Source: an uncultured SAR86 cluster bacterium (GTDB lineage: Bacteria > Pseudomonadota > Gammaproteobacteria > Magnimaribacterales > D2472). From it: a stretch of 64,000 bases of DNA. Shown here piece by piece: positions 48,945 through 61,209 of the stretch. The notes beneath the pieces are model-generated. The model was given only the letters and a program-made list of their open reading frames with translations. It searched no databases and was not told the DNA's origin. Where the stretch lies: positions 2,115 to 66,114 of the forward strand of contig CAXYEK010000002.1 in assembly GCA_964276235.1 (NCBI GenBank), written 5' to 3'. Position 1 is the stretch's first letter. Every line of letters starts with the position of its first letter. A program made the translations under genes and the position numbers.

Positions 48945-50405
48945 ATGTCTTCTAATGTTGAGCAAAATATTAGGCCTGGTTATGACTCTGTTATTTCTGA
49001 GATAGCAAATTACGTTATAAATTTTGAGATTGAATCCGATCTCGCCTTAGATACTGCCAGGAATTGTCTTATAGATACAATTGGTTGTGGTCTTTTAGCT
49101 TTAAAATTTCCTGCATGTACAAAAATGTTAGGTCCTGTTGTTGAAGGTACCTCTGTTCCATTTGGTGTAAGAGTTCCTGGTACAAATTTTAAATTAGATC
49201 CTATAAAAGGTGCCTTTGATATAGGCTGTGCCATTAGATGGCTTGATTACAACGATACATGGCTAGCTGCCGAATGGGGACATCCATCAGATAATTTAGG
49301 TGCCATTCTTTCCATAACTGATTTTATTTCTCAACAAAAAATATCTAAGGGTGAAGATCCATTAACAATGAGAACCGTTCTTGAAGCAATGATTATGACT
49401 CATGAAATTCAAGGAGTCCTTGCTCTCAAGAATAGCTTCAATAAAGTTGGATTAGATCATGTAGTTTTAGTCAAAGTAGCCTCAACAGCCTTGGTAACAA
49501 AGTTGATGGGTGGAACTAAAGATCAAATCATGGATGCAGTAAGTCAGGCATGGGTAGATGGCCAAAGCCTTAGAACATACCGCCATGCTCCAAATGCAGG
49601 ATCAAGAAAAAGCTGGGCTGCAGGCGATGCAACAAGTAGAGCTATTCGTTTAGCAATGATTACACTTTCTGGAGAAATGGGATATCCAGGAGCTTTATCT
49701 GCTCCAGTCTGGGGATTTGAAGATGTGCTTTTCGATGGTAAACAAATCTCTTTACCTCAAAAATTTGGAACATATGTAATGGAAAATGTTCTATTTAAAA
49801 TTAGTTTTCCTGCAGAATTTCATGCTCAAACAGCAGTAGAAGCAGCTGTTGCTCTTCATCCTGAAATTATAGAAAGATTGGATGATGTAAAAACAGTAAA
49901 CATAACAACACACGATTCTGCTATACGAATAATATCAAAGGAAGGTGACCTAAATAATCCTGCTGACAGAGATCATTGTCTTCAATATATGGTTGCTATT
50001 GGTCTTCTGAAGGGAAATTTAATAGCCGAAGACTATGAGGATGATATTGCTTCAGATCCAAGAATTGATACGCTCAGAAAAAAAATGGTTATTAATGAAG
50101 ATAAAAGATACTCAGATGAATATCATGAAGCTGATAAGCGATCTATAGCCAATAAAATCCAGATACATTTTAACGATGGTTCTTCAACCGAAGAAATAGA
50201 GGTCGAATATCCCATTGGCCACAAGCGAAGAAGAGAAGAAGGTATTCCAGTTCTAGAGCAGAAATTTAAGAATAATTTAGAAATCACATATGATTCAGAT
50301 AAATGTGAAGAGATTTATCAGCTTTGCATTGATCAAGAAAAATTAGAAAGTACTTCAGTAACCGATTTTCAAGAACTATTTGCTGTGGATACAAACAACT
50401 TCTAA
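48945..50405 (+). CDS. prpD: 2-methylcitrate dehydratase
   Basis: RWLDYNDTWLAAEWGHPSDN, YRHAPNAGSRKSWAAGDA, KISFPAEFHAQT. Confidence 0.96.
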   Translation: MSSNVEQNIRPGYDSVISEIANYVINFEIESDLALDTARNCLIDTIGCGLLALKFPACTKMLGPVVEGTSVPFGVRVPGTNFKLDPIKGAFDIGCAIRWLDYNDTWLAAEWGHPSDNLGAILSITDFISQQKISKGEDPLTMRTVLEAMIMTHEIQGVLALKNSFNKVGLDHVVLVKVASTALVTKLMGGTKDQIMDAVSQAWVDGQSLRTYRHAPNAGSRKSWAAGDATSRAIRLAMITLSGEMGYPGALSAPVWGFEDVLFDGKQISLPQKFGTYVMENVLFKISFPAEFHAQTAVEAAVALHPEIIERLDDVKTVNITTHDSAIRIISKEGDLNNPADRDHCLQYMVAIGLLKGNLIAEDYEDDIASDPRIDTLRKKMVINEDKRYSDEYHEADKRSIANKIQIHFNDGSSTEEIEVEYPIGHKRRREEGIPVLEQKFKNNLEITYDSDKCEEIYQLCIDQEKLESTSVTDFQELFAVDTNNF

Positions 50406-50449
50406 TTTATCTAAAACCTATAAAATAGAGTTTTAAAGCGTTTTTGGAC

Positions 50450-50462
50450 TATAATCTTTGCC
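50450..50462 (+). promoter_or_regulatory. -10 box immediately upstream of the aroC ATG (leaderless-type promoter)
   Basis: TATAAT at 50450-50455, 7 nt before ATG 50463; no SD. Confidence 0.5.
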
Positions 50463-51548
50463 ATGTCAGGCAATACATTTGGAGAATTATTTAAAGTTAC
50501 AACCTTTGGCGAGAGTCATGGGAAGGCTTTGGGCTGCATAATTGATGGCTGTCCTCCTCAAATTGAGCTATGCGAAGCTGATATTCAAAGTGAGCTAAAC
50601 CGCAGAAAACCAGGTCAATCAGACGTTACTACACAAAGAAAAGAAGATGATGCTGTAGAAATACTTTCTGGTGTATTTGAGGGAAAAACTACTGGAACTC
50701 CTATTGGTTTGATAATTTATAACCAAGATCAAAGATCAAAAGACTATTCAGATATAAAAGATACTTTTAGACCTAATCATGCAGATATAACCTACCAAGC
50801 TAAATATGGGCATAGAGACTATAGAGGTGGTGGCAGATCAAGTGCTAGAGAAACAGCAATGAGAGTAGCAGCTGGAGCTATTGCTAAAAAATATTTAGAG
50901 AGCCTTGGAGTAAAAACCACTGGTTATGTAAGTCAAATTGGGACTATAAAAGCTGAAAACATTAGCCCTAATGATGCAAATACTAATAAATATTTTTTTG
51001 CTGATATATCTAAATTGGGCGATTTAGATAATATGTTTGCTGACTTAATAGTTGAAGGTAATTCAGTCGGCGCTAAATTAGGAGTATCTATTGAAAATTG
51101 TCCTGTAGGACTTGGAGCACCTGTTTTTGATAAGTTAGATGCAGATTTAGCTAAAGCTATGATGAGCATTAATGCTGTTAAATCAGTATCCATAGGAAAT
51201 ACGGATGATATTTTAAATTTAAAAGGTTCTGAAGTAAGAGACGAAATGAGAGCAGATGGCTTTTCCTCAAATAATGCAGGTGGAATTCTCGGCGGCATTT
51301 CAAATGGTGATGCCATCAATATAGATTTTATTATTAAACCAACCTCAAGCATAAAATCAAAAGGTAAAAGCATTGATACTGATGGTAAAGAGGTTGATAT
51401 TGAAGTTACTGGAAGACATGATCCTTGTGTTGGTATTCGCGCAGTGCCTATTGCTGAGGCCATGGCTAATTTAGTGATCATAGATCACTTATTACGCAAC
51501 AGAGCTCAATGCGGAGACATTAAGCAAGAACTCCCATTTACTAAGTAA
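50463..51548 (+). CDS. aroC: Chorismate synthase
   Basis: [32 protein letters not shown]. Confidence 0.97.
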   Translation: MSGNTFGELFKVTTFGESHGKALGCIIDGCPPQIELCEADIQSELNRRKPGQSDVTTQRKEDDAVEILSGVFEGKTTGTPIGLIIYNQDQRSKDYSDIKDTFRPNHADITYQAKYGHRDYRGGGRSSARETAMRVAAGAIAKKYLESLGVKTTGYVSQIGTIKAENISPNDANTNKYFFADISKLGDLDNMFADLIVEGNSVGAKLGVSIENCPVGLGAPVFDKLDADLAKAMMSINAVKSVSIGNTDDILNLKGSEVRDEMRADGFSSNNAGGILGGISNGDAINIDFIIKPTSSIKSKGKSIDTDGKEVDIEVTGRHDPCVGIRAVPIAEAMANLVIIDHLLRNRAQCGDIKQELPFTK

Positions 51549-51549
51549 C

Positions 51550-52950
51550 ATGCCAAAGACTTTATACGACAAGCTTTGGAATGAGCATCACATCACCACC
51601 CTAAATTCTGGGGAATCACTACTTTATATCGATAGACATTACTTGCACGAAGTTACATCGCCTCAAGCTTTTGAAGGTTTAGCTAAGAAACATCTAGTGC
51701 CATGGAGACTTAACGCTAATATTGCGACACCTGATCACAATGTTCCTACAGAAAGAGGCGAAGCTTTTAATATGGAATCTATTGAGGATGAGATTTCAAA
51801 GATACAAGTTGTTGAGTTGGATAAAAACTGCAATAGGTTTGGTATTAAGCAATTTGATATCACCTCTAAAAATCAAGGTATAGTCCATGTTATTGGCCCA
51901 GAACTAGGATACACACTGCCTGGAATGACAATTGTTTGTGGTGATTCACATACCTCTACTCATGGAGCATTTGGATGCTTGGCTATGGGTATAGGAACTT
52001 CTGAAGTTGAGCATGTATTAGCAACTCAAAGTTTAAAAGTATCTAAGTTACAAAATATGCATGTTCGCTTTGACGGTAAACCTCAAAAGGGAGTTACCTC
52101 AAAAGATATCGTTTTATATCTAATTGGAAAAATTGGGACAGCAGGCGGTAATGGCCATGCTATAGAATTTTCAGGTTCATACATAGAAAGTATTTCTATG
52201 GAAGCAAGGATGACTATTTGTAATATGGCAATTGAAGCCGGAGCAAAAGTAGGTTTAATAGCACCTGATGAAATTACTATTGATTATGTAAGAGAACATA
52301 GTGATCTAGATTCAAATTTGCTTGAACAAGCAGAGAAACACTGGAGCACTCTACAATCTGATCAAGATGCAGTTTTTGATAAAGAAATCATTATTGATAT
52401 CTCTGGTATTAAATCTCAAGTTACATGGGGGACTTCACCAGAAATGGTAGTTAACTTTGATGGCAATATACCAGATCCAAAACTGGTTCCTGAAGATAAA
52501 AAGAAGAATATTCAACTTGCCAAACAATATATGGGCATAGGTGAGGATGAAAAATTAACTGATCTTAAATTTGATAAAGTTTTTATAGGTTCTTGTACTA
52601 ATTCACGCATAGAGGATCTCCGAGAGGCAGCAAGTATTGTTGAGGGGAAGCAGGTTGCAGATTCAATTACTGAGGCTATTGTTGTTCCAGGCTCTGGGAT
52701 GGTAAAGCTACAAGCTGAAGCAGAAGGCCTTGATAAAATCTTTGAGGATGCTGGTTTCGTTTGGAGAGATCCAGGATGCTCTATGTGTTTAGGTATGAAT
52801 CCAGATCAATTAAAGCCTTATGAAAGATGTGCCTCCACTTCAAATAGAAACTTTGAGGGTAGACAGGGCAATTTAGGTAGAACACATTTAATGAGCCCAA
52901 TGATGGCAGCTTTAACAGCTATTAATGGCACTGTGAGCAATCCCTCATGA
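51550..52950 (+). CDS. leuC: 3-isopropylmalate dehydratase large subunit
   Basis: [43 protein letters not shown]. Confidence 0.97.
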   Translation: MPKTLYDKLWNEHHITTLNSGESLLYIDRHYLHEVTSPQAFEGLAKKHLVPWRLNANIATPDHNVPTERGEAFNMESIEDEISKIQVVELDKNCNRFGIKQFDITSKNQGIVHVIGPELGYTLPGMTIVCGDSHTSTHGAFGCLAMGIGTSEVEHVLATQSLKVSKLQNMHVRFDGKPQKGVTSKDIVLYLIGKIGTAGGNGHAIEFSGSYIESISMEARMTICNMAIEAGAKVGLIAPDEITIDYVREHSDLDSNLLEQAEKHWSTLQSDQDAVFDKEIIIDISGIKSQVTWGTSPEMVVNFDGNIPDPKLVPEDKKKNIQLAKQYMGIGEDEKLTDLKFDKVFIGSCTNSRIEDLREAASIVEGKQVADSITEAIVVPGSGMVKLQAEAEGLDKIFEDAGFVWRDPGCSMCLGMNPDQLKPYERCASTSNRNFEGRQGNLGRTHLMSPMMAALTAINGTVSNPS

Positions 52951-53594
52951 AACTTCAAGGCAACGAATTACAAATCCAAGGCTTAGTTGCATGTATTGAT
53001 AGAGATAATATTGATACTGATCAAATTATTCCGACCGAGTATTTAAAATCTATTAAAAAATTTGGATTTGAAGATTATTTATTTGACGGATGGAGGTATC
53101 TCGATGATGGCAGACTAGGTATTACAAAAGAGCAAAGACAAATCAATACAGATTTCATTTTAAATAATGCACCTTATGATCAAGCAAGCATTCTTTTAAC
53201 TAGAGATAACTTTGGTTGCGGCTCATCAAGAGAACATGCCGTATGGGCGCTAAGAGATTTTGGAATAAAGACAGTGATTGCTTCCTCTTTTGGTGATATT
53301 TTTTATAATAACTGCTTTAAAAATGGTGTTTTACCTATAAAGTTATCAAAACAGCAGATTGAAGAATTATTTTCTCAGACTCAAGATACAAGTAATGAAA
53401 TTACAGTGAGTCTGGATGCTAAAACACTAACAACAGCTTCAATTGAATATTCGTTTGAGGTTGAAGATAATTTATTGGAAAGAATTATTCATGGTCTAGA
53501 TGATGTTGATATAACATTGCAAGACAAAGATGTAATTAGAGAATTTGAAGATAACAGGATGAAGACCAAGCCTTGGATATATGCAAATGACTAA
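52947..53594 (+). CDS. leuD: 3-isopropylmalate dehydratase small subunit
   Basis: [29 protein letters not shown]. Confidence 0.96.
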   Translation: MKLQGNELQIQGLVACIDRDNIDTDQIIPTEYLKSIKKFGFEDYLFDGWRYLDDGRLGITKEQRQINTDFILNNAPYDQASILLTRDNFGCGSSREHAVWALRDFGIKTVIASSFGDIFYNNCFKNGVLPIKLSKQQIEELFSQTQDTSNEITVSLDAKTLTTASIEYSFEVEDNLLERIIHGLDDVDITLQDKDVIREFEDNRMKTKPWIYAND

Positions 53595-54672
53595 AAAGAT
53601 TTTAATACTTCCTGGAGATGGTATAGGGCAAGAAGTTACAGCCTCTGCTCAAGAAGTTCTTGATTATTTAATAATTGAAAATACTTTAGATTTCTCAATT
53701 ACTCATATGGATGTTGGTGGAACTGCTTATGAAAAGCATGGCTCACCATTACCTGCAGATGTATTAGCAGAAGCTAAGGCTTCTGATGCTATTTTATTTG
53801 GAGCAGTTGGTGCACCCCAATGGGATGATTTGGACTGGGATCATAGACCCGAACAAGCATTATTAGGCCTAAGAAAAGAATTAGAATTATTTGCTAATTT
53901 AAGACCAGCATTTTTATTTAATGAATTAGCCTCAGCTTCACCCATTAAAAATCATATTATTGAAAATCTAGACATTCTTATTGTAAGAGAATTAACTGGC
54001 GGAATATATTTTGGTGAACCAAGAGGGCTTGTTATATCAGAGTCTCCAAATTATGCATTTAATACAATGATTTATAATGAAGACGAAATTAGACGTATTG
54101 CCAAAGTTGCATTTGAAGCTGCGCAAAAAAGAAATGGCAAACTTTGTTCAGTTGAAAAAGCAAATGTGCTCGAAGTGTCTAAATTTTGGAGAGAAATAGT
54201 TTCAGATATGGCAAAAGATTATCCAGATGTGGAGTTATCCCATCAGCTTGCTGATAATACTGCTATGCAACTTGTACTTAATCCAAATCAATACGATGTC
54301 ATAGTAGCAAGTAATCTATTTGGTGACATTCTTTCCGATATTGCTGCAACATTATCTGGTTCCATAGGAATGCTTCCTTCCGCATCTCTAAATAGCACTT
54401 CTCAAGGTATGTATGAGCCATGTCATGGCAGCGCTCCTGATATTGCTGGACAAAATATAGCTAACCCAATTGCAATGATCGCATCATTGGCTATGGCATT
54501 GAAATACTCACTTAACGAAGTAGAAATTGCACAGCGCATAGATAATGCAATTAAAACCTTTATTGCAAATGGTCACAGAACCAAAGATATCAGTACTGAT
54601 AATAATTTCTTAAAAACGAGTGAAGTTGCACCTTTAATCATTGAGATATTAAAAAATGAAACAAAAGATTAA
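53581..54672 (+). CDS. leuB: 3-isopropylmalate dehydrogenase
   Basis: [39 protein letters not shown]; alternative start 53587. Confidence 0.96.
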   Translation: MQMTKKILILPGDGIGQEVTASAQEVLDYLIIENTLDFSITHMDVGGTAYEKHGSPLPADVLAEAKASDAILFGAVGAPQWDDLDWDHRPEQALLGLRKELELFANLRPAFLFNELASASPIKNHIIENLDILIVRELTGGIYFGEPRGLVISESPNYAFNTMIYNEDEIRRIAKVAFEAAQKRNGKLCSVEKANVLEVSKFWREIVSDMAKDYPDVELSHQLADNTAMQLVLNPNQYDVIVASNLFGDILSDIAATLSGSIGMLPSASLNSTSQGMYEPCHGSAPDIAGQNIANPIAMIASLAMALKYSLNEVEIAQRIDNAIKTFIANGHRTKDISTDNNFLKTSEVAPLIIEILKNETKD

Positions 54673-55672
54673 TATTGCTCTTATAGGGGCGTCTGGTGTT
54701 GTTGGTCAAAAAATTCTTCAATTGCTTGAAGAAAAAAAAATTGATGTAGATAATTTATTTCCACTAGGAAAATCAACTGTTGGAAGTTCTATTAATTTTC
54801 AGAATAAAAATTTGGTTATTGGAGACTTAGACTCCTTTAATCCCTCTGATGCAAATATCACAATCTTTTCTGCAGGCTCTTCTGTTGCAAAAAATTATGC
54901 AGAAAAATTTGTAAAAGCAGGCAACTACGTTATTGATCTATCATCAGAGTTTAGATATCACGATAATGTCCCATTAGTAATACCCGAAATAAATGGAGAT
55001 ATTTTAAAGGATTTAATAGAGCCAACATTAATTGCTAATCCTAATTGCTCAACATCTCAACTTTTAATGGCTCTAAAGCCTATTCATGACAGATATGGAA
55101 TAGAATTTTTAAATATTGCAACTTATCAAGCAGTTTCAGGAACAGGTAAGGAAGCTGTTGAAGAGTTAAGATCTCAAACTTTTGAAAATAATTCTGATAA
55201 TAGTGTCTATCCCAAACCTATTGCGTTTAATGTCATACCTCAATGTGATGTTTTTCTTGAAAATGCATTTACTAAAGAAGAAATGAAACTAGTTTGGGAA
55301 ACAAAAAAAATACTTGATTCTAATATAGATGTTCAGGCTACATGCGTCAGAGTTCCTGTATTTAATGGACATTCAGAAGCAGTATTTCTTAAATTAACAA
55401 ATGATGCCTCAAGAGAAAATATAATTGACTGCATAGATGGCACAAAAGGAGTCTGTATTATGGATAATCCAGACAAGCAGGAATACCCAACTCCATTCGA
55501 ACAAGCAAATGATACTGAAGATGTTTATGTAGGAAGAATAAGATCACAAGAGATACAGGGCGATACTTGGATTTCACTGTGGATAGTTGCTGATAATGTT
55601 TATGGAAAAGGTGCAGCATTGAATGCTGTTCAAATACTAGAGAATTTAGTTTTTAATAATAAGCTATGTTGA
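54656..55672 (+). CDS. asd: Aspartate-semialdehyde dehydrogenase
   Basis: [46 protein letters not shown]. Confidence 0.93.
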   Translation: MKQKINIALIGASGVVGQKILQLLEEKKIDVDNLFPLGKSTVGSSINFQNKNLVIGDLDSFNPSDANITIFSAGSSVAKNYAEKFVKAGNYVIDLSSEFRYHDNVPLVIPEINGDILKDLIEPTLIANPNCSTSQLLMALKPIHDRYGIEFLNIATYQAVSGTGKEAVEELRSQTFENNSDNSVYPKPIAFNVIPQCDVFLENAFTKEEMKLVWETKKILDSNIDVQATCVRVPVFNGHSEAVFLKLTNDASRENIIDCIDGTKGVCIMDNPDKQEYPTPFEQANDTEDVYVGRIRSQEIQGDTWISLWIVADNVYGKGAALNAVQILENLVFNNKLC

Positions 55673-56985
55673 AATTCAGAATCTGTTTAATAATTATTTT
55701 TTCTTCAAGTATTTTTGCTGATTCTTTATTATCCTCGCCAAAACTCCTTTTAAATACAAATGGAGAAAGGGTTATAGAGTTCAAAATCCAGAGTACAGAA
55801 ATTAGTGATGAAGACATCATACTTAAAGAGTATAAATCTGATGAATTACTTTCCAGAGAAAATATTTTATATACCCTTTTAGAAGAGTTTAGTAATTACA
55901 AATCTTTTTCAATTGTTATAAAAAATGAATATGAATCTAATTATTTTAGTTTCAAAATAGTCTTGCAAGAAGATCTTGCGAAAGATATTTTTATTTTTCT
56001 GCCTTCAAGAATCAAAACTACTAGTAATGATTTCACTCAACCTAAACCTGTCGAACAAAAAAATACTATTAATGTAAATTCAATTTCTAAAATAGAGAAA
56101 GTTAAAGAGGCACCTCTAAAATTAGCTCAACAAAATATTATTCAAGCTGAAGAAATTACTACTATGTGGAGTATTGCTTCTAAGATTAAGAAAGAAACCA
56201 ATAACACTTCAATTTATCAAATAATGTGGTCTATTTATTTGGGGAATAAGGGTGCGTTTATAGATGGGAACATTAATTTAGTTAGAAAAGATAAGAATTT
56301 AGTTATTCCTTCATATGCAACGATGGGCAATGTATCAAGTGTTGAGGCCAAAAGTTCAATTCTTGCAATGAATAAGTCCTACTCAATAGATATTGCTCCA
56401 GCTGTAAAGTCTTTATTGGTACTAACAGCCCCATCTATTGAAAAAAAACAGAAACCACCAGAACTAGGTATTGTTGAGGATAAAGAAGAGCCAAGTTCTA
56501 TAAATATTAATAACGAAAATGCTTCTAATCCTGAAGACTTTATTAAGGAAAATACAAAGCAATTGGAAGTTGTTATTGAAAATAAAATAGCTAAAGATCT
56601 ATCTAATGAAATTAATTCAATTGATGAGTCGGTTACTGAAAATAATTTTGGATTAATGGACCTTTTATTTGTAGCAATTACCTCGGTCTTATCAGGAATA
56701 TTAATAGCTCTGATATACATTCAATTGAAATCTAGAAAAACAAAAAATATTCAATATGATTTTGAGGAAGCACAAGATTCAAAATCATCTATACAAGGTT
56801 TGCCTAAAGGATTAAGTATAAAAAATAATCATGAAGAACAGCAATTAGATTTAGCTGTAACATATTTTGAAATGGGTAATACAGAAGATTCCCTAAGTAT
56901 TCTTAATGATCTGATAAAGCAATCACAAGACGAAGAAATTAAGACTTCTGCTCAAAATCTTATAGAAAAGATTTTAAAAAAATGA
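55666..56985 (+). CDS. fimV: Reduced FimV/HubP-like polar landmark protein
   Basis: Signal peptide, LysM-like TMWSIA...AFIDGNINL, single TM, C-terminal QLDLAVTYFEMG...IL..LI domain; canonical asd-fimV-truA position. Confidence 0.75.
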   Translation: MLKFRICLIIIFSSSIFADSLLSSPKLLLNTNGERVIEFKIQSTEISDEDIILKEYKSDELLSRENILYTLLEEFSNYKSFSIVIKNEYESNYFSFKIVLQEDLAKDIFIFLPSRIKTTSNDFTQPKPVEQKNTINVNSISKIEKVKEAPLKLAQQNIIQAEEITTMWSIASKIKKETNNTSIYQIMWSIYLGNKGAFIDGNINLVRKDKNLVIPSYATMGNVSSVEAKSSILAMNKSYSIDIAPAVKSLLVLTAPSIEKKQKPPELGIVEDKEEPSSININNENASNPEDFIKENTKQLEVVIENKIAKDLSNEINSIDESVTENNFGLMDLLFVAITSVLSGILIALIYIQLKSRKTKNIQYDFEEAQDSKSSIQGLPKGLSIKNNHEEQQLDLAVTYFEMGNTEDSLSILNDLIKQSQDEEIKTSAQNLIEKILKK

Positions 56986-57767
56986 GACTAGCTTTTACAG
57001 CTGAGTACGATGGAACTAGTTTTTCTGGATTTCAAAAACAGAAGAATGCTGTGTCTATTCAACAAAAAATAGAATCAGCTTTAGAGGAAATAACTCAAAG
57101 AAAAATTTCAATTAATTATGCAGGGAGAACAGACGCTGGAGTGCATGCACTTTCTCAAGTTTTTGATTTTGAAACAGACATCAACAGAGAAGATAAAAAT
57201 TGGTTAGATGGTATGAATTCAAACCTACCCGATGCTATTTCAATAAAAAGTATTTCAAGAGTATCGGATGATTTTCATTCAAGATTTTCAGCAAAAGATA
57301 GAAGCTATACATTTGTTGTCTATAAATCAAAAAGCAAACCATTATTTTTCAGCAGCTTTTCTCATTGGGATAATAATACTATTGATATCAAAGTATTAAA
57401 AAATCAGGCTAAGATGTTTATCGGAAGTCATGACTTTAGTTCATTTAGAAGCTCTAATTGCAGCTCTAGAAACCCAATAAAAAATGTCTCGGAGGTTAAT
57501 ATAAAAGATTATAAAAACTTTATTTTTATTACAATCAAGGCAAATGCTTTTTTACATAATATGGTCAGAATTATGGCTGGTACTTTGCTTGATATTGCAA
57601 AAGGAGAAATAGATCTTTCAATTGAAGATATTCTTCAAAAAAAAGATAGAACATTTGCAGGAAAGACTGCCTCTGCAAAAGGCTTATTCTTTTTAGGGCC
57701 AAGATATGATTCAAACTTTAATATTCCAAGTCCAGTATCAGATTTATTGGATAGGGTAAGCATATGA
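56982..57767 (+). CDS. truA: tRNA pseudouridine(38-40) synthase
   Basis: YDGTSFSGFQKQ, AGRTDAGVHA, FHSRFSA, FLHNMVRIM. Confidence 0.96.
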   Translation: MRLAFTAEYDGTSFSGFQKQKNAVSIQQKIESALEEITQRKISINYAGRTDAGVHALSQVFDFETDINREDKNWLDGMNSNLPDAISIKSISRVSDDFHSRFSAKDRSYTFVVYKSKSKPLFFSSFSHWDNNTIDIKVLKNQAKMFIGSHDFSSFRSSNCSSRNPIKNVSEVNIKDYKNFIFITIKANAFLHNMVRIMAGTLLDIAKGEIDLSIEDILQKKDRTFAGKTASAKGLFFLGPRYDSNFNIPSPVSDLLDRVSI

Positions 57768-58390
57768 AGAAATCAAAAATAAAGATTTGCGGAATTTCAA
57801 ATCTAGATGTATTGAAAGAATTAATTAATTTAAATATAAATTATGTGGGCTTCATTTTTTATAGTAAAAGTCCTAGGTTCGCAGACTCTGATTTTCTAGA
57901 ATCTTTTAAAGACATAGATTTTAAAAACACAAAGCCGGTATGTGTTTACGTTAATCCAGATGAAGAATATGTGTATAAAACTTCATCATATTTTTCTAAT
58001 CCAATATTGCAATTTCACGGTGATGAATCAAATGATTTCTGTGAATCTTTTGGTTTAGAATACTGGAAGGCTATTAGGGTGAAAGAGAAAAGTGATGTTT
58101 TAAAAACAAAATTATATTCCTCAGCTTCAGCAATCCTTTTTGAAAATCATAAAGAGGGGATCTATGGGGGAACTGGAGAATCTTTTGACTGGAACTGGCT
58201 CAATGATTTACAAGAAAAAGAACAATATTTTATTCTTTCAGGTGGCATTAATTCTGAAAATGTCCATAATGCATTAAGTACAAACTCTTGGTGTATAGAC
58301 CTTAATTCTGGAGTCGAATCAGAAGAAGGTATTAAAGACATTGCATTAATAAAAAATATTTTAAAAATAATAAATACATATGGCAGCTAA
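57764..58390 (+). CDS. trpF: Phosphoribosylanthranilate isomerase
   Basis: [38 protein letters not shown]...NV, SGVE. Confidence 0.93.
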   Translation: MKKSKIKICGISNLDVLKELINLNINYVGFIFYSKSPRFADSDFLESFKDIDFKNTKPVCVYVNPDEEYVYKTSSYFSNPILQFHGDESNDFCESFGLEYWKAIRVKEKSDVLKTKLYSSASAILFENHKEGIYGGTGESFDWNWLNDLQEKEQYFILSGGINSENVHNALSTNSWCIDLNSGVESEEGIKDIALIKNILKIINTYGS

Positions 58391-59585
58391 TAATTTTAAT
58401 TTTCCAGATAAAGAAGGTTTCTTTGGTGAATATGGCGGAAAGTTTGTTCCTGAAACACTTATGTATGCTCTAGAAGAGCTTGAAAATACTTATAATAAAT
58501 TAAAAGATAAAAAAGATTTTATAGATGAGTTTTATAAAGATCTTTCTGATTTTGTTGGAAGACCCTCACCACTTTACTTTGCCGAAAGATTAACTAAACA
58601 TTATGGAGCTGGTTCCATTTGGCTAAAAAGAGAAGATCTTAACCATACAGGTGCTCACAAAATAAATAATACAGTTGGACAAATATTGCTTGCTAAATAT
58701 ATGGGCAAAAAAAGAATTATTGCTGAAACTGGTGCTGGTCAACACGGTGTAGCTACTGCAACAGTGGCAGCAAGGTTGGGCTTAGAATGTCATATCTATA
58801 TGGGCTCAGAGGACGTCAGAAGACAATCACTAAATGTATATCGAATTAAATTACTTGGAGCCCATGTTCACGCTGTTGATTCAGGCTCAGCAACTTTGAA
58901 AGATGCTCTTAACGAAGCCTTAAGGGATTGGGTAACAAATGTTGATGATACTTACTATATTATTGGAAGCGTAACAGGACCTCATCCTTATCCAATGATA
59001 GTTAGAGATTTTAATTCAGTTGTGGGCAAGGAAGTAATTCAACAATCAAAAGAATGCTTTAACAGGATGCCTGATGCAATAGTGGCCTGTGTAGGTGGCG
59101 GTTCAAATGCTATGGGTATATTCCATCCTTTCATTGATATTAATGAAACCAGATTAATAGGTGTAGAAGCTGGAGGAAAGGGCGTTTCAACTGGAGAACA
59201 TGCTGCTCCTCTTAATGATGGTACTCCTGGAGTCCTTCATGGGGCTAGAAGTTATTTAATGCAGGATGATGCAGGTCAAGTAAAAGATACAAAATCAGTT
59301 TCAGCTGGTTTGGATTATCCTGGTGTTGGTCCTGAACATTCATGGTTAAAGGATGTAGGTAGAGCAGAATATGTTGCAGTAAGTGATGATGAAGCATTAA
59401 AAGCTTTTCATGAAGTAACTGAATTAGAAGGAATCATGCCTGCACTGGAAACAGCTCATGCATTTGCTTACTTAGACACACTTATGCAAGAGTTAGATGA
59501 AACAGCAAACGTGGTAGTAAATGTCTCAGGAAGAGGGGATAAAGATATCAATACAGTTGCTGAAATCGATGGAATAAAGTTTTGA
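58380..59585 (+). CDS. trpB: Tryptophan synthase beta chain
   Basis: [47 protein letters not shown]. Confidence 0.97.
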   Translation: MAANNFNFPDKEGFFGEYGGKFVPETLMYALEELENTYNKLKDKKDFIDEFYKDLSDFVGRPSPLYFAERLTKHYGAGSIWLKREDLNHTGAHKINNTVGQILLAKYMGKKRIIAETGAGQHGVATATVAARLGLECHIYMGSEDVRRQSLNVYRIKLLGAHVHAVDSGSATLKDALNEALRDWVTNVDDTYYIIGSVTGPHPYPMIVRDFNSVVGKEVIQQSKECFNRMPDAIVACVGGGSNAMGIFHPFIDINETRLIGVEAGGKGVSTGEHAAPLNDGTPGVLHGARSYLMQDDAGQVKDTKSVSAGLDYPGVGPEHSWLKDVGRAEYVAVSDDEALKAFHEVTELEGIMPALETAHAFAYLDTLMQELDETANVVVNVSGRGDKDINTVAEIDGIKF

Positions 59586-60367
59586 ACAGACTGACATCAA
59601 CTCTGTCAAACCTAAAAAAAAATAATCAAAAGGCATTAGTTGCTTACCTTGTAGCAGGCGATCCAGAAATTGAAGTTACCTTAGATTTGATGCATCTTTT
59701 TGTGGATTCTGGTGTTGATGTTATAGAAATAGGAGTTCCATTTACTGACCCTATTGCAGAAGGACCAACAATTCAAAGAGCTCATGATAGAGCACTAAAA
59801 AATGATATATCATTAAAAATGATTCTTAATCTCGTATCTGATTTCAGAAAAAAAGATACAGATACTCCAATAGTCTTAATGGGCTATCTTAATACTTTTA
59901 TTTCACATATTGATTTAGTTCAATCTTCCGATGGAGGCAGTATTGATTCTATTTTAGTTGTTGATGTTCCAGGAGAGCTAAACTTAAAGAATTACGGTAT
60001 AGATAATCCAAATATAAATACAATCTCTTTAATTTCTCCAACAACAAAAGAAAATAGAGCAGAGATGATTGCTAAAAATAGTTCTGGTTTTATTTATTAT
60101 GTAAATCTTAGAGGAGTTACAGGATCCTCGAACCTAGACTTAGACGAAATCAAAGGGAACATTAATAAAATTAAAAATTATTCTGATTTACCTGTTATGG
60201 CTGGATTTGGAATTAAATCAACTGACGACGCAAGAACTCTAGCTGAGTGTTCTGATGGTATTGTAATTGGCTCTTCTATTGTTCAGATGATAGATGAAGA
60301 GTCTAAATCAAAAGAATTTGGTAGAATAAGTAATTATCTTAAGGAGATGAAAGCAGCTATATCATGA
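59582..60367 (+). CDS. trpA: Tryptophan synthase alpha chain
   Basis: [36 protein letters not shown]; TTG start. Confidence 0.95.
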   Translation: MNRLTSTLSNLKKNNQKALVAYLVAGDPEIEVTLDLMHLFVDSGVDVIEIGVPFTDPIAEGPTIQRAHDRALKNDISLKMILNLVSDFRKKDTDTPIVLMGYLNTFISHIDLVQSSDGGSIDSILVVDVPGELNLKNYGIDNPNINTISLISPTTKENRAEMIAKNSSGFIYYVNLRGVTGSSNLDLDEIKGNINKIKNYSDLPVMAGFGIKSTDDARTLAECSDGIVIGSSIVQMIDEESKSKEFGRISNYLKEMKAAIS

Positions 60368-61209
60368 ACTGGTTAACAAGGCTCATACCTTCAATACTTA
60401 CCTCAAAGTCAAAAAGTAAAGTGCCAGACGGATTGTGGAGTTCGTGCCCATCTTGTGAATCTGTCCTATATGCACCAGAACTAGAAAAATCCTTATTCGT
60501 ATGTCCTAAATGTGATCATCATTTAAGAATTGGAGCCAGAAAGAGATTAGAAATATTTCTTGATAACGGTTTCCTTGATGAAATTGGTAAAGATATTAAA
60601 ACGAAGGATCATTTAAAGTTCAAAGATACTAAATATTATTCATCAAGAGTTAAAGATGCAGTTGCTTCTACTGGAGAGAATGAAGCTATTATTGTTGGTA
60701 AAGGTTATTTAGATACCATGCCTATTGTTGCAGCAGCATTTGAATTTAGGTTTATGGGTGGGTCAATGGGGGGTGTTGTTGGAGAAAAGTTTGTTCAAGG
60801 CATCAATAAAGCCATTAAGGACCATTGTCCGTTTATTTGTTTCTCTACTAGTGGTGGAGCAAGAATGCAGGAATCAATGATTTCATTAATGCAAATGGCA
60901 AAAACCTCAGCAGCACTTCAAAAGTTAAAAGCAGCCAAATTGCCATATATTTCAGTAATGGTTGATCCTATCTATGGTGGTGTTTCTGCAAGCCTTGCAA
61001 TGTTAGGAGATATAAATATAGCTGAACCTGAGGCATTTGTTGGTTTTGCTGGCAGAAGAGTAATTGAACAAACTGTTAGAGTAGATTTACCGGAAGATTT
61101 TCAAAAATCAGAATTTTTGTTAAAAAATGGAGCAATTGATATGATTGTTCATAGGAAAAATATAAGAACCAAAGTCCATAGTCTTTTAAAAAAAATATAT
61201 AAAAATTAA
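60364..61209 (+). CDS. accD: Acetyl-CoA carboxylase carboxyltransferase beta subunit
   Basis: CPSC...CPKC zinc finger, FMGGSMG, SGGARMQE, GFAGRRVIEQT. Confidence 0.96.
   Translation: MNWLTRLIPSILTSKSKSKVPDGLWSSCPSCESVLYAPELEKSLFVCPKCDHHLRIGARKRLEIFLDNGFLDEIGKDIKTKDHLKFKDTKYYSSRVKDAVASTGENEAIIVGKGYLDTMPIVAAAFEFRFMGGSMGGVVGEKFVQGINKAIKDHCPFICFSTSGGARMQESMISLMQMAKTSAALQKLKAAKLPYISVMVDPIYGGVSASLAMLGDINIAEPEAFVGFAGRRVIEQTVRVDLPEDFQKSEFLLKNGAIDMIVHRKNIRTKVHSLLKKIYKN

Noticed and set aside
50933-51481. 182-aa antisense ORF within aroC, plus similar shadow ORFs (5195, 24292, 56379, 61675 and others)
   Set aside because: They lie entirely opposite well-conserved genes, and their Ser/Ile/Pro-rich composition is what antisense codon bias produces.
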